DNA from: an uncultured Methanosarcinaceae archaeon
Lineage (GTDB): Archaea; Halobacteriota; Methanosarcinia; Methanosarcinales; Methanosarcinaceae
Direction: 5' to 3'
Assembly: GCA_963847185.1 (NCBI GenBank)
Contig: CAWJYV010000007.1
Coordinates: forward strand, 832,001-896,000
Length of the DNA: 64,000 nucleotides
Each line of letters opens with the position of its first letter. Positions within the stretch are counted from its first letter, which is position 1. Position numbers and translations under genes: made by a program. The notes beneath the pieces are model-generated. The model saw nothing but the letters and a program-made list of their open reading frames with translations. It was not told the DNA's origin and did not search any database. Shown piece after piece: positions 42,901 to 53,763 of this stretch.

Positions 42901-43115
42901 TAAAAAGAGAAACTAACATCCTTGAAAGCAACAATTTTATATTAACAGTGTCGGATAATGGAGTGGGTATACCTGAGAGTTTTGATCCGGAAAATTCTGA
43001 TACCCTGGGCATACAACTGATAACAACTCTTGTGGGCCAGTTAGATGGTGATTTTGAGTTAAAAAGAGATCCTGGGGCCGAATTTGTTATACGGTTCAGG
43101 GTAAGAGAAAAGTAA
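39938..43115 (+). pseudogene. MEDS-PocR-PAS histidine kinase split by a +1 frameshift near 40835
   Basis: ORFs 39938-40867 and 40842-43115 join in frame if T40835 is removed (CVESNIK-LSLGVTPGEYKLYKCKN). Confidence 0.8.
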
Positions 43116-43657
43116 TATAAAGGTGAAGATTTGGTATCCGTGAATTATTGAGTTTCCGAACTATTCAAATTTCAATGAATCCTATACTTAATTTCATTTT
43201 CTAAGCTTAATCAGATTGATAATTAGATAATTAGTCAAATAGTAATTAGTCAAATTGTGATCGATGTATTGATGCTTTATTTTTAGAGGGGATTACTGTC
43301 GGGAAATCGGGGCGTTATTCAGAATCGGGGCAAAATTTTCCGTTTACCCGGGTTTTTGGAGAAATTACTTGAATTTTCAGCTTTACTCTTTAAAAAGTGA
43401 AAATAATCGTACATATAGCTTTCCAGCAGAATGGGAAATCTTTTTCTAGAAATCAGGTACATATTCAATAAATTTAACCTATCTCTTCTGAAATTTTTGG
43501 GAAAAATGGAATCTCACCATAAACTATTTATAGAATAGCTATAATTAGAGGGTTGCACCGGCGTAAGAGGTGCCCTCTGATGCAGCGGGGCAGCAGAGTG
43601 GCAGACAGTAATATAGCCTATCTGGTGCAGAATAAAGAGGTGGAGATAAACAATACT

Positions 43658-43734
43658 GGGCCCGTAGCTCAGTCAGGCAGAGCGACTGGCTTTTAACCAG
43701 TCGGCCTAGGGTTCAAATCCCTACGGGCCCGCCA
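43658..43734 (+). tRNA. tRNA-Lys(TTT) with encoded CCA
   Basis: GGGCCCG/CGGGCCC acceptor stem; actgg-cttttaa-ccagt anticodon arm; GTTCAAATC T-loop. Confidence 0.97.
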
Positions 43735-43823
43735 TATTCTATTTATGAAACCCGGCGGAAAGGCCATTCGCTGGAACAATCTAACCAAGTTTTTTGAGAT
43801 GCTTTATTTTTGGAGGAAAGGAT

Positions 43824-44060
43824 TTGACTAAATTCAGCCTGCTCGACCATGAGTCGGTCCCTAAGCATGAAATCATGCCCGAGGGCGAGTTAAAAACTGT
43901 TTTAAGCAAGTATCTAATTGATAAGGAACAACTTCCGAAAATCAAAGTGCAGGACCCTGTTTGTAAAGAAATAGGAGCTGTAATCGGAGATGTAGTGAAA
44001 ATCACGAGAAAAAGTCAAACTGCAGGGGAGGCAGACTATTATCGACTTGTAATCGAGTAA
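43824..44060 (+). CDS. rpoH: RNA polymerase subunit H (Rpo5)
   Basis: HESVPKHEI; QLPKI...DPV; GDVVKITRKS.TAG...YYRLV; TTG start after ggagg. Confidence 0.96.
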   Translation: MTKFSLLDHESVPKHEIMPEGELKTVLSKYLIDKEQLPKIKVQDPVCKEIGAVIGDVVKITRKSQTAGEADYYRLVIE

Positions 44061-44276
44061 GCGGGGGGGAATAAAACCGCTTGCAAGATCCGATTTTTTT
44101 TAACGGAATGTCTTTTTGAATCCCATGCATCATCGCATTATACGGAAGATTCAACGACTTAATGCCGATCTGATGATTATAAATATTGATTTTCATTCTA
44201 ATGAAGCAAAGAGGGTGCTATCATCGCGTTAGAAAGTAGTATACTGTCGCAGGCTTATTTTACACGGGACAAGATA

Positions 44277-45875
44277 GTGCAGCATCATATCGATTCTTTT
44301 AACAAGTTTATTGATTACGGGCTGCAAAAAATCATAGATGAACAGAGAATAATAGAAACTGATATTGAGGGTACCTACCTTAAACTCGGCAAGATTAGGG
44401 TAGAACATCCTGTGGTAAAGGAGGCGGACGGAGCTATAGAAAAGCTTTACCCAAACGAGGCAAGGCTTAGAAACCTCTCGTACTCAGGCCCTCTCTATCT
44501 GGAAATGAGCGTTGTAAAAGATGGACTCGAATCTGAAGTAATGGAAGCAAAGATAGGACAGCTTCCTGTCATGGTCAAGTCCAAGATCTGCAACCTTCTG
44601 GGACTTAGCGAGACTGAGAAAGTCCGCTATGGAGAAGACCCTCTTGACCCCGGGGGATATTTCATTATAGGCGGTACTGAGAGAGTAGTGATGACTCTTG
44701 AAGACCTTGCCCCTAACAAAATTCTCGTAGAATACGGGGAAAGATACGGGGACTCCATAGAGGTTGCAAAGGTTTTCTCCCAGAAGCGCGGGTACAGGGC
44801 TCTTGTAATTGTAGAAAGGGGGCGAAAGTCTCTGCTCGAGGTATCCTTCCCTTCGATTTCAGGAAGAGTGTTTTTCATTACTCTTATGAGGGCTCTTGGG
44901 ATTGTAACTGATGAGGACATCGTAAACGCAGTTTCAAGTGATCCCGAAATCATCAAATTCATGCTGGAAAATCTGGAAGAAGCCGAAGTAGAGACCCAGG
45001 AAGAAGCAATCGAGAAGATAGGGGCAAGGGTTGCTGCAGGGCAGGCCAAGGAATACCAGATGAAGAGAGCAAACTACGTCATTGACAGATACCTCTTCCC
45101 GCATCTCGGAAACGATATGAGGGACAGAGTCTCAAAAGCTCACTTCCTTGCGAGAATGGCTGAATCCTGTTTCGAGCTGGCTCTTGGTAAGCGTTCGGAA
45201 GATGACAAAGACCACTATGCAAACAAGAGGCTTAAACTCGCAGGAGATCTGATGGAAGACCTCTTCAGGGTATCTTTCAACAGGCTGGCAAGGGACATAA
45301 AATACCAGCTCGAGCGCGCAAATATGAGGAATAGAGAACTTAATGTCGCCACAATCGTCAGAGCAGATGTACTGACTGACCGCCTGCAGCATCCTCTAGC
45401 AACCGGAAACTGGGTTGGAGGAAGAACGGGCGTGTCTCAGCTTCTGGACAGAAACGACTACATATCCACTCTTTCTCACCTGCGCCGTGTAATTTCTCCT
45501 CTTTCCCGTGCTCAACCTCACTTCGAAGCCAGAGACCTGCATGCAACTCAGTGGGGAAGGCTGTGTCCTTCGGAAACCCCTGAAGGTCCGAATTGTGGCC
45601 TCGTGAAGAACTTTGCCGAAATGGTTGAACTCTCCACAGGTGTAGAGGAAACAGACGGCATGAAGAAAATTCTCTACGACCTTAACGTCGAACGTGTAGT
45701 TGTCAAGGTACCGGAAATTCCGGCTAAAATTAAAGAAATCTTATTCGACGAGTTTGGAGAAGAGATTGTTGAAGAGTTTGAAGAAGAAACTCCGGAAGTC
45801 GAAACCAAATACAGAGATGATGATTTCTACGATTATTCAGATATGGACGATGCCGGATCAATGTTCGGTGATTAA
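44277..45875 (+). CDS. rpoB2: RNA polymerase subunit B'' (true start probably further upstream)
   Basis: HHIDSFN; DPGGYFI; DDKDHYANKRL; ETPEGPNCGLVKN. Confidence 0.96.
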   Translation: MQHHIDSFNKFIDYGLQKIIDEQRIIETDIEGTYLKLGKIRVEHPVVKEADGAIEKLYPNEARLRNLSYSGPLYLEMSVVKDGLESEVMEAKIGQLPVMVKSKICNLLGLSETEKVRYGEDPLDPGGYFIIGGTERVVMTLEDLAPNKILVEYGERYGDSIEVAKVFSQKRGYRALVIVERGRKSLLEVSFPSISGRVFFITLMRALGIVTDEDIVNAVSSDPEIIKFMLENLEEAEVETQEEAIEKIGARVAAGQAKEYQMKRANYVIDRYLFPHLGNDMRDRVSKAHFLARMAESCFELALGKRSEDDKDHYANKRLKLAGDLMEDLFRVSFNRLARDIKYQLERANMRNRELNVATIVRADVLTDRLQHPLATGNWVGGRTGVSQLLDRNDYISTLSHLRRVISPLSRAQPHFEARDLHATQWGRLCPSETPEGPNCGLVKNFAEMVELSTGVEETDGMKKILYDLNVERVVVKVPEIPAKIKEILFDEFGEEIVEEFEEETPEVETKYRDDDFYDYSDMDDAGSMFGD

Positions 45876-45890
45876 GGGGGCCTATATAAG

Positions 45891-47705
45891 ATGACTAAAG
45901 CAAAAGTATTCATAAACGGAGAGCTTGTCGGGACCCATGATAATCCTACTGAGCTCGTCTACGAGCTCCGAAAGATGAGAAGGCAGGGGTTCATATCCAG
46001 GCAGGTCAATGTCGCTCTTAACGACAACACCAGAGAAGTAATTATAAACTCCGATATGGGCAGAGCAAGAAGGCCCCTTTTAGTTGTGGAAAACGGAGCT
46101 CTAAAGGTAACTGAAGAGCACGTAAAGAAACTGAAAAACAAGGAAATTAATTTTGATGACCTGGTAAAAGAAGGCTGTGTAGAGTACCTGGATTCCGAAG
46201 AAGAAGAGAATGCCTATATTTCTCTCAGCGAGTCTGAAATTAATGTAAGGCATACTCATATGGAGCTTGATCCCGAACTTATTCTTGGAATTTCCACAGG
46301 AATGGTTCCCTATCCTGAACATAATGCATCCCCGCGTAATACTATGGGTGCAGCTATGATCAAGCAGTGTATAGGAGTTGCTACGGCAAACCAGAAGCTC
46401 AGGCCGGATACCCGTGCTCATGTCCTGCACTACCCGCAGAAAGCACTTACTGCGACCAGAACTTCTTCAGCAATAGGTTTTGATGACAGGCCTGCAGGGC
46501 AAAACTTCGTGGTTGCAATCCTATCTTATGAAGGATATAATATTGAAGACGCTCTGATTTTCAATACAGGCTCAATCGACAGAGGACTTGGGAGAAGCCA
46601 CTTCCTCAGGACTTTTGAAGGGGAAGAAAGAAGATATCCTGGAGGGCAGGAAGACAAATTCGAGATTCCCGATTCTGAGTATCGCGGAGCCCGCAGTGCA
46701 GAAGCATATGCGAACCTGGATATCGATGGGCTTGTAAATCCTGAGACTGTAGTTGGTCCAAATGACGTGCTGATCGGAAAGACCAGCCCTCCGAGATTCC
46801 TTGAAGAGCCTACTGACTTCGGGATTGCAGTGGAACAGAGAAGAGAAAGCTCGATTACCATGCGATCCAACGAAAAAGGAATCGTGGATACTGTTATTCT
46901 AACAGAATCTATTAACGGTACCCGTCTGGCCAAGGTGAAGGTAAGAGACGAAAGGATTCCTGACATCGGGGACAAATTCGCTTCCAGGCATGGGCAAAAA
47001 GGAGTTATAGGGCTGAAGGTTCCAATTGCGGATATGCCGTTTACAGAAGCTGGCCTGAGTCCGGATCTCATGATTAACCCTCACGCAATTCCTTCCCGTA
47101 TGACTGTAGGGCACGTTCTGGAAATGATTGGGGGAAAGGTCGGCTCAATGGAAGGCAGAAGAGTTAACGCAACTGCTTTCTCAGGAGAAAATGAAGATGA
47201 CCTGAGAGATGCCCTGAAGAAGCATGGTTTTGCCCATACCGGAAAAGAAATTTTCTATGACGGGACAACAGGCAGGATGATTCCTGCAGATGTTTTTATT
47301 GGCGTAATTCTTTACCAGAAGCTGCATCACATGGTCACCTCCAAAATGCATGCTCGGTCCCGTGGTCCTGTACAGGTGCTCACTCGCCAGCCAACTGAAG
47401 GTCGAGCCAGAGAGGGTGGTCTCAGGTTCGGTGAAATGGAGCGTGATGTGCTTGTAGGGCACGGAGCTGCCATGTCCTTAAAAGAAAGGCTGCTGGACGA
47501 ATCTGACAAAGTTGTGGAACTTGTTTGCTCTCACTGCGGAATGATTGCAACATTTGACAAGCAGCGAAATGTTTCTTTCTGTTCTGCTTGCGGGGCTGAC
47601 ACAGATATATATCCTGTGGAAATGAGCTACGCATTCAAGCTCCTGCTGGACGAAATAAAATCCCTGGGAGTAGCTCCCAGGCTCAATCTTGAAGATGCGG
47701 TATGA
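45891..47705 (+). CDS. rpoB1: RNA polymerase subunit B'
   Basis: GYNIEDA; [12 protein letters not shown]; [11 protein letters not shown]; C-terminal Zn ribbon. Confidence 0.97.
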   Translation: MTKAKVFINGELVGTHDNPTELVYELRKMRRQGFISRQVNVALNDNTREVIINSDMGRARRPLLVVENGALKVTEEHVKKLKNKEINFDDLVKEGCVEYLDSEEEENAYISLSESEINVRHTHMELDPELILGISTGMVPYPEHNASPRNTMGAAMIKQCIGVATANQKLRPDTRAHVLHYPQKALTATRTSSAIGFDDRPAGQNFVVAILSYEGYNIEDALIFNTGSIDRGLGRSHFLRTFEGEERRYPGGQEDKFEIPDSEYRGARSAEAYANLDIDGLVNPETVVGPNDVLIGKTSPPRFLEEPTDFGIAVEQRRESSITMRSNEKGIVDTVILTESINGTRLAKVKVRDERIPDIGDKFASRHGQKGVIGLKVPIADMPFTEAGLSPDLMINPHAIPSRMTVGHVLEMIGGKVGSMEGRRVNATAFSGENEDDLRDALKKHGFAHTGKEIFYDGTTGRMIPADVFIGVILYQKLHHMVTSKMHARSRGPVQVLTRQPTEGRAREGGLRFGEMERDVLVGHGAAMSLKERLLDESDKVVELVCSHCGMIATFDKQRNVSFCSACGADTDIYPVEMSYAFKLLLDEIKSLGVAPRLNLEDAV

Positions 47706-47714
47706 GGTGGACAA

Positions 47715-50357
47715 ATGGCAAACGTACCTCCGATTCCGAAAAGAATTGCTTCTATTAAATTCGGTTTACTGTCCCCAAAAGAAGTCCGTAAGATGAGTTC
47801 AACGCCCATTATCACGGCCGACACTTATGATGATGACGGATTTCCGATTGACATGGGGCTTATGGACACAAAACTCGGGGTTATTGACCCTGGGCTTCGC
47901 TGCAAGACCTGTTCAGGGAGAGCTGGTGAATGTCCCGGACACTTCGGGCATATTGAGCTTGTTGCCCCTGTAGTTCACGTTGGCTTCAACAAAGTGATCC
48001 GAAAGCTCCTTCGAGCAACCTGCAGGAAATGCAGCAAGATTTTGCTTGATCCTGTACAGAAACAGCATTTTCTGGATCAGCTCACGGGAATAGAAGAAAT
48101 CGGGCACATGCCCGATGACGTTATCAACGAAGCTTATAAGGAAGCCAGTAAAGTAAAGGTCTGTCCCTACTGTAATGAAGAACAGCTGGAAATTAAATTC
48201 GAAAAGCCCACCGAATATCTTGAGAGCGGGGAAAAACTGACCCCTACCGAGATAAGGGACCGCTTCGAGAATATCCCTGATGAGGACATCAAGGTTATAG
48301 GGATGGATCCAAAGAATGCAAGGCCTGAATGGATGATCCTTACAGCCCTTCCTGTGCCTCCTGTAACAGTTCGTCCCTCAATTACCCTTGAATCAGGGCA
48401 GCGCAGTGAAGACGACCTGACCCACAAGCTGGTAGATATTATAAGGATCAACCAGCGTTTCCAGGAAAACAGGGAGGCTGGCGCCCCTCAGCTCATTATT
48501 GAGGACCTCTGGGAACTTCTCCAGTATCACGTTACTACATTCTTTGATAACTCTGTTTCAGGTATACCTCCTGCAAGACACAGGTCCGGCAGACCCTTAA
48601 AGACCCTTTCTCAGCGTTTAAAGGGTAAAGAAGGAAGGTTCAGAGGAAGTCTGTCAGGTAAGCGTGTAAACTTCTCTGCCCGTACCGTTATTTCTCCTGA
48701 TCCTAACCTGAGCATAAACGAAGTAGGGGTACCCCTGGCCATTGCACAGACGCTGACAATTCCTGCGATAGTAACTCCAAGGAATATCGAACAGCTCAAA
48801 GTGTACGTGAGGAACGGAGAAGATGTGCATCCCGGAGCAAACTATGTGTTCAGGTCCGACGGCAGGCGCATAAAAGTTACCAATGTAAACAAAGACGACC
48901 TTGCTGAAAAGCTGGAATTTGGTTGGACCGTAGAACGCCAGTTAAAGGATGGAGATACAGTACTCTTTAACAGGCAGCCGTCTCTGCACAAAATGAGTAT
49001 TATGGCTCACTCTGTTAAGGTGCTTCCGAACAAAACTTTCAGGCTGAACCCTGCCGTATGTCCTCCATACAACGCTGACTTTGACGGGGACGAAATGAAC
49101 ATGCATGCTCTGCAGACCGAAGAGTCCAGAGCTGAGGCAAAGATCCTCATGCAGGTTCAGGAAAATATTCTTTCCCCACGTTTCGGAGGACCTATTATCG
49201 GCGGGATCCACGACCACATTTCAGGGCTTTTCCTGCTGACTCGTTTAGAGAAAGATATCAGTAGCCATGATGCTTACGACATTCTCCGGAAGAGCAGTGC
49301 CCGTGTTCTGCCCACACCTGCAGGTTATGATTCTAATGGAAAACCTTACTGGACAGGAAAACAGATTTTCAGCCAGATCCTGCCCAAAAACCTGAACACA
49401 CAGTTTGCAGCGCAGGTCTGCTCGCACTGTGACACCTGCAAAAAAGAAGGGTGTCCTAACGATGCCTATGTGGTAATCCGGGACGGAGAACTCATTATGG
49501 GCACTATAGACGAAGCGGCAATCGGGGCGTTCAAAGGAAAAATCCAGGACCGCATTATCAAGGAAATTGGTCCCCAGGCCGGATCTCAGTTTATAGATGA
49601 TATGACCAAGCTTGCAATTCGGGCTATCATGAGGACAGGCTTGAGTTTCGGAATATCTGATGAAGATATCCCGAAAGAAGCCAGGATTCAGATTAATGAG
49701 GTCCTGGGAACTGCTGAAGATGCCGTGCAGAACCTTATCAAATCTTACCTGAATAAAGAGCTTGATCCTCTTCCCGGAAGAACTCTTGATGAAACAATCG
49801 AAATGAGCATCATGCAGAAGCTCGGAAAGGCCAGAGACGACACAGGTAGAATTGCAGACAACCACATGGGGCTTGAAAACCCGGCAGTTATTATGGCCCG
49901 TTCCGGAGCCAGAGGTTCTATTCTTAACCTTACCCAGATGGCAGCTTGTGTTGGCCAGCAGGCAGTGCGTGGTGAACGTATCCGCAGAGGATATGCAGGC
50001 AGGACTTTGCCACATTTCGAAAAAGGAGACCTCGGATCAGACGCTCACGGTTTCGTGAAGGCAAGTTACAAGAGCGGATTGAATCCAACTGAATATTTCT
50101 TCCACGCAATCGGTGGTAGGGAAGGTCTTGTGGACACTGCGGTCAGGACATCTCAGTCCGGGTACCTGCAGAGAAGACTTGTCAATGCCCTCCAGGACCT
50201 TGAAGTCCAGTATGACCTTACGGTCAGGGACACCAGAGGTGTTATTGTACAGTTTAAATATGGAGAAGACGGGATTAATCCCACAAAGAGTGACTTCAGT
50301 AAACCTGATGCAATCCACAGGATTGTTAATTCCGTAGTGAACAGGGAGGTGGCCTGA
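47715..50357 (+). CDS. rpoA1: RNA polymerase subunit A'
   Basis: Catalytic YNADFDGDEMN; CPGHFGHIEL. Confidence 0.98.
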   Translation: MANVPPIPKRIASIKFGLLSPKEVRKMSSTPIITADTYDDDGFPIDMGLMDTKLGVIDPGLRCKTCSGRAGECPGHFGHIELVAPVVHVGFNKVIRKLLRATCRKCSKILLDPVQKQHFLDQLTGIEEIGHMPDDVINEAYKEASKVKVCPYCNEEQLEIKFEKPTEYLESGEKLTPTEIRDRFENIPDEDIKVIGMDPKNARPEWMILTALPVPPVTVRPSITLESGQRSEDDLTHKLVDIIRINQRFQENREAGAPQLIIEDLWELLQYHVTTFFDNSVSGIPPARHRSGRPLKTLSQRLKGKEGRFRGSLSGKRVNFSARTVISPDPNLSINEVGVPLAIAQTLTIPAIVTPRNIEQLKVYVRNGEDVHPGANYVFRSDGRRIKVTNVNKDDLAEKLEFGWTVERQLKDGDTVLFNRQPSLHKMSIMAHSVKVLPNKTFRLNPAVCPPYNADFDGDEMNMHALQTEESRAEAKILMQVQENILSPRFGGPIIGGIHDHISGLFLLTRLEKDISSHDAYDILRKSSARVLPTPAGYDSNGKPYWTGKQIFSQILPKNLNTQFAAQVCSHCDTCKKEGCPNDAYVVIRDGELIMGTIDEAAIGAFKGKIQDRIIKEIGPQAGSQFIDDMTKLAIRAIMRTGLSFGISDEDIPKEARIQINEVLGTAEDAVQNLIKSYLNKELDPLPGRTLDETIEMSIMQKLGKARDDTGRIADNHMGLENPAVIMARSGARGSILNLTQMAACVGQQAVRGERIRRGYAGRTLPHFEKGDLGSDAHGFVKASYKSGLNPTEYFFHAIGGREGLVDTAVRTSQSGYLQRRLVNALQDLEVQYDLTVRDTRGVIVQFKYGEDGINPTKSDFSKPDAIHRIVNSVVNREVA

Positions 50358-51550
50358 TGAGTATTAGTGAGGCTACAATCGATAGTATGATAAAAGATCT
50401 GCCTCTTCCTTCGAATCTTCTTAAGGCTCTCAAGGAAGACGTAATCAAAGCCGGCGTAAGCAAGAAAGAAATGGAAGAAATTCTGGAAATGGTAAAGGAA
50501 GGCTATGATCTTTCATGTATCGAACCCTGTGATGCTGCTGGAGTGGTTGCAGCCCAGTCCATAGGGGAACCAGGTACTCAGATGACGATGCGTACCTTCC
50601 ACTATGCCGGTGTTGCTGAAATTAACGTTACTCTCGGTCTGCCCCGTCTTATAGAGATTGTGGATGCTCGGAAAATCCCGAGTACTCCTATGATGACAAT
50701 AGCTCTTTCCAAAGAAAACAAGGAAGACTACGCTTACGACAGGGAAAAGACAAGAGCCCTTGCCTGGGAAATTGAAGCGACTAAAATAGACCATATTGCT
50801 GACGTAACTACTGATCTTTCCCAGATGAAACTGATTATCGACCTGCACGAAAAAGCTATGGAAGGCAGGAATATTACTATTGACCAGGTAAAAGAAAAGG
50901 TCAATGAAGAACTTAATGCGACGGTAACTATATCCCCTGATATAGATAACCAGATTGTCATCTCTCCAGGAGAGCCTTCTTACAGAGAGCTGCTCCAGCT
51001 TGCAAAAAGTATCCACAATGTCACCTTAAAAGGGATAGAAGGTATCAAGCGAGTTGTGGTCAGGAAGGAAGGCGAGGAGTACACCCTTTATACCGAAGGT
51101 TCAGCTCTGCGCGAAGTGCTTCAATTTGGAGGAGTGGACAAGAGCAGAACCAGCACAAACAATATCAACGAAATATACGAAGTGCTGGGAGTCGAGGCTG
51201 CAAGAAATGCAATCATCAAGGAAGCTACAGATACCCTGCGCGAACAGGGTCTTACCGTGGATATTCGGCATATAATGCTTGTGGCAGATCTCATGACCTG
51301 TGACGGAGAGGTAAAGCAGATCGGCAGGCATGGAATATCAGGTGAAAAGGCCAGTGTATTTGCTCGTGCAGCTTTCGAAGTTACTGTCAATCACCTTCTT
51401 GATGCAGGAATGCGCGGAGATGTGGATAAGTTAGAGGGTGTTACAGAAAATATCATTGTAGGTCAGCCTATCCGCATGGGTACGGGTGATGTGCACCTTA
51501 TAAGCAGAAAGGGAAAGAAAGAGGGAGCACTGGAAGTTGAAGAGGAATAA
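50357..51550 (+). CDS. rpoA2: RNA polymerase subunit A''
   Basis: AAQSIGEPGTQMTMRTFH; GVTENIIVGQ. Confidence 0.97.
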   Translation: MSISEATIDSMIKDLPLPSNLLKALKEDVIKAGVSKKEMEEILEMVKEGYDLSCIEPCDAAGVVAAQSIGEPGTQMTMRTFHYAGVAEINVTLGLPRLIEIVDARKIPSTPMMTIALSKENKEDYAYDREKTRALAWEIEATKIDHIADVTTDLSQMKLIIDLHEKAMEGRNITIDQVKEKVNEELNATVTISPDIDNQIVISPGEPSYRELLQLAKSIHNVTLKGIEGIKRVVVRKEGEEYTLYTEGSALREVLQFGGVDKSRTSTNNINEIYEVLGVEAARNAIIKEATDTLREQGLTVDIRHIMLVADLMTCDGEVKQIGRHGISGEKASVFARAAFEVTVNHLLDAGMRGDVDKLEGVTENIIVGQPIRMGTGDVHLISRKGKKEGALEVEEE

Positions 51551-51849
51551 AGTTAAGGCGAAAACCTTAACCTAACCTATAATTATTTAAATAAACAATT
51601 CGATAGAAGACCGTCTTAAGTATCCTTATAAAAGGCAATTTTTTCAGGAAGGCTTTCCGACTAAGGTATCAGATTACCTTTTTGAAGCTCATAGAATCCT
51701 GTTGCAGAAACTTGAGTCCGCGAGTCTCATAACCAGAAAATAGATATAAGGCATCAGGTATTTAGAGTACCATAATACTCACCAGCTTGGAAATCTTTAT
51801 TTGAAACTAGATAGAGTAAACGAGCTAATTTGAGACAGAGTTGATGAAA

Positions 51850-52140
51850 ATGAAGATCAATGTTGATAAATCTCTTATCAAGGCTGTGAAAACAGGAAAA
51901 GTAATTCTTGGATCTAACCGGACCGTGGATGCAGCAGCAGACGGGTCTGCAAAAATGATAGTTCTGGCGTCAAACTGCCCCCAAGATGTTAAACAGAAGG
52001 TTCAGGCAACAAACGTTCCAGTTCTGGAATACGAAGGCACCAGTGTAGAACTTGGGCCTGTATGCGGGAAACCCTTCACGATTGCAGCTATGGCGATCCT
52101 CGATGCAGGAGAATCAGATATCCTGGCAGCTACATATTAA
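51850..52140 (+). CDS. rpl30e: 50S ribosomal protein L30e (alternative start 51844)
   Basis: [10 protein letters not shown]; ELG..CGKPF; position in the operon. Confidence 0.95.
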   Translation: MKINVDKSLIKAVKTGKVILGSNRTVDAAADGSAKMIVLASNCPQDVKQKVQATNVPVLEYEGTSVELGPVCGKPFTIAAMAILDAGESDILAATY

Positions 52141-52160
52141 TAAAAGGAGTTGGCAACGTC

Positions 52161-52586
52161 TTGGGTGAAATAAGACTTACTGCAGAAAGCATCCAGTACA
52201 TTGCTTTATTTGAAAATGTGACACGAGCCAAGATTCTCGACTGTATCCCCGAAGAGGAAAGGATCGTGTACGTCGTAAAACATGGTGATATGGGGCTTGC
52301 GATAGGCAAAAATGGGGAGAATGTGAACCGCGTTAAAAAAGCTCTGGATAAACCCATAGAGCTTGTGGAGTATTCAGAGGATCCTGCCATATTTATTAAG
52401 AATGCCTTTGGACCTGTATCTGTTAGTTCGATTAACATTACAAATAAAAATGGTAAGCGGTTAGCTTATGTAGAGGTACCCAATAAAGAGAAGGGGCTTG
52501 CCATCGGACGCAACGGCAAGAACATCGAAAAGGTGAAGATGCTCGTCCGTCGCCATCATAATATCGAAGACGTAATCCTGCAGTAA
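52161..52586 (+). CDS. nusA: archaeal NusA (two KH domains)
   Basis: GLAIGKNG and GLAIGRNGKN; TTG start after ggag. Confidence 0.93.
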   Translation: MGEIRLTAESIQYIALFENVTRAKILDCIPEEERIVYVVKHGDMGLAIGKNGENVNRVKKALDKPIELVEYSEDPAIFIKNAFGPVSVSSINITNKNGKRLAYVEVPNKEKGLAIGRNGKNIEKVKMLVRRHHNIEDVILQ

Positions 52587-52692
52587 TCTATCATTAACTT
52601 ACTTTGATCCATTATCCATTAATTCGGCGTTGAAAAATTATTCGGCATATATTATGCCTAGGAAACTGTGATCAATTTTCAATTTGGAGTAA

Positions 52693-53693
<1,001 letters not shown>

Positions 53694-53763
53694 TCGATAT
53701 GCGGGTTGCCCCGATTTATTAATTCATATATAACTAAATTACATCTGTTTAAAAGGTATCAGT

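Noticed and set aside
43658-43734. tRNA used as an integration site
   Set aside because: No duplicated tRNA 3' end or integrase seen; rpoH follows directly.
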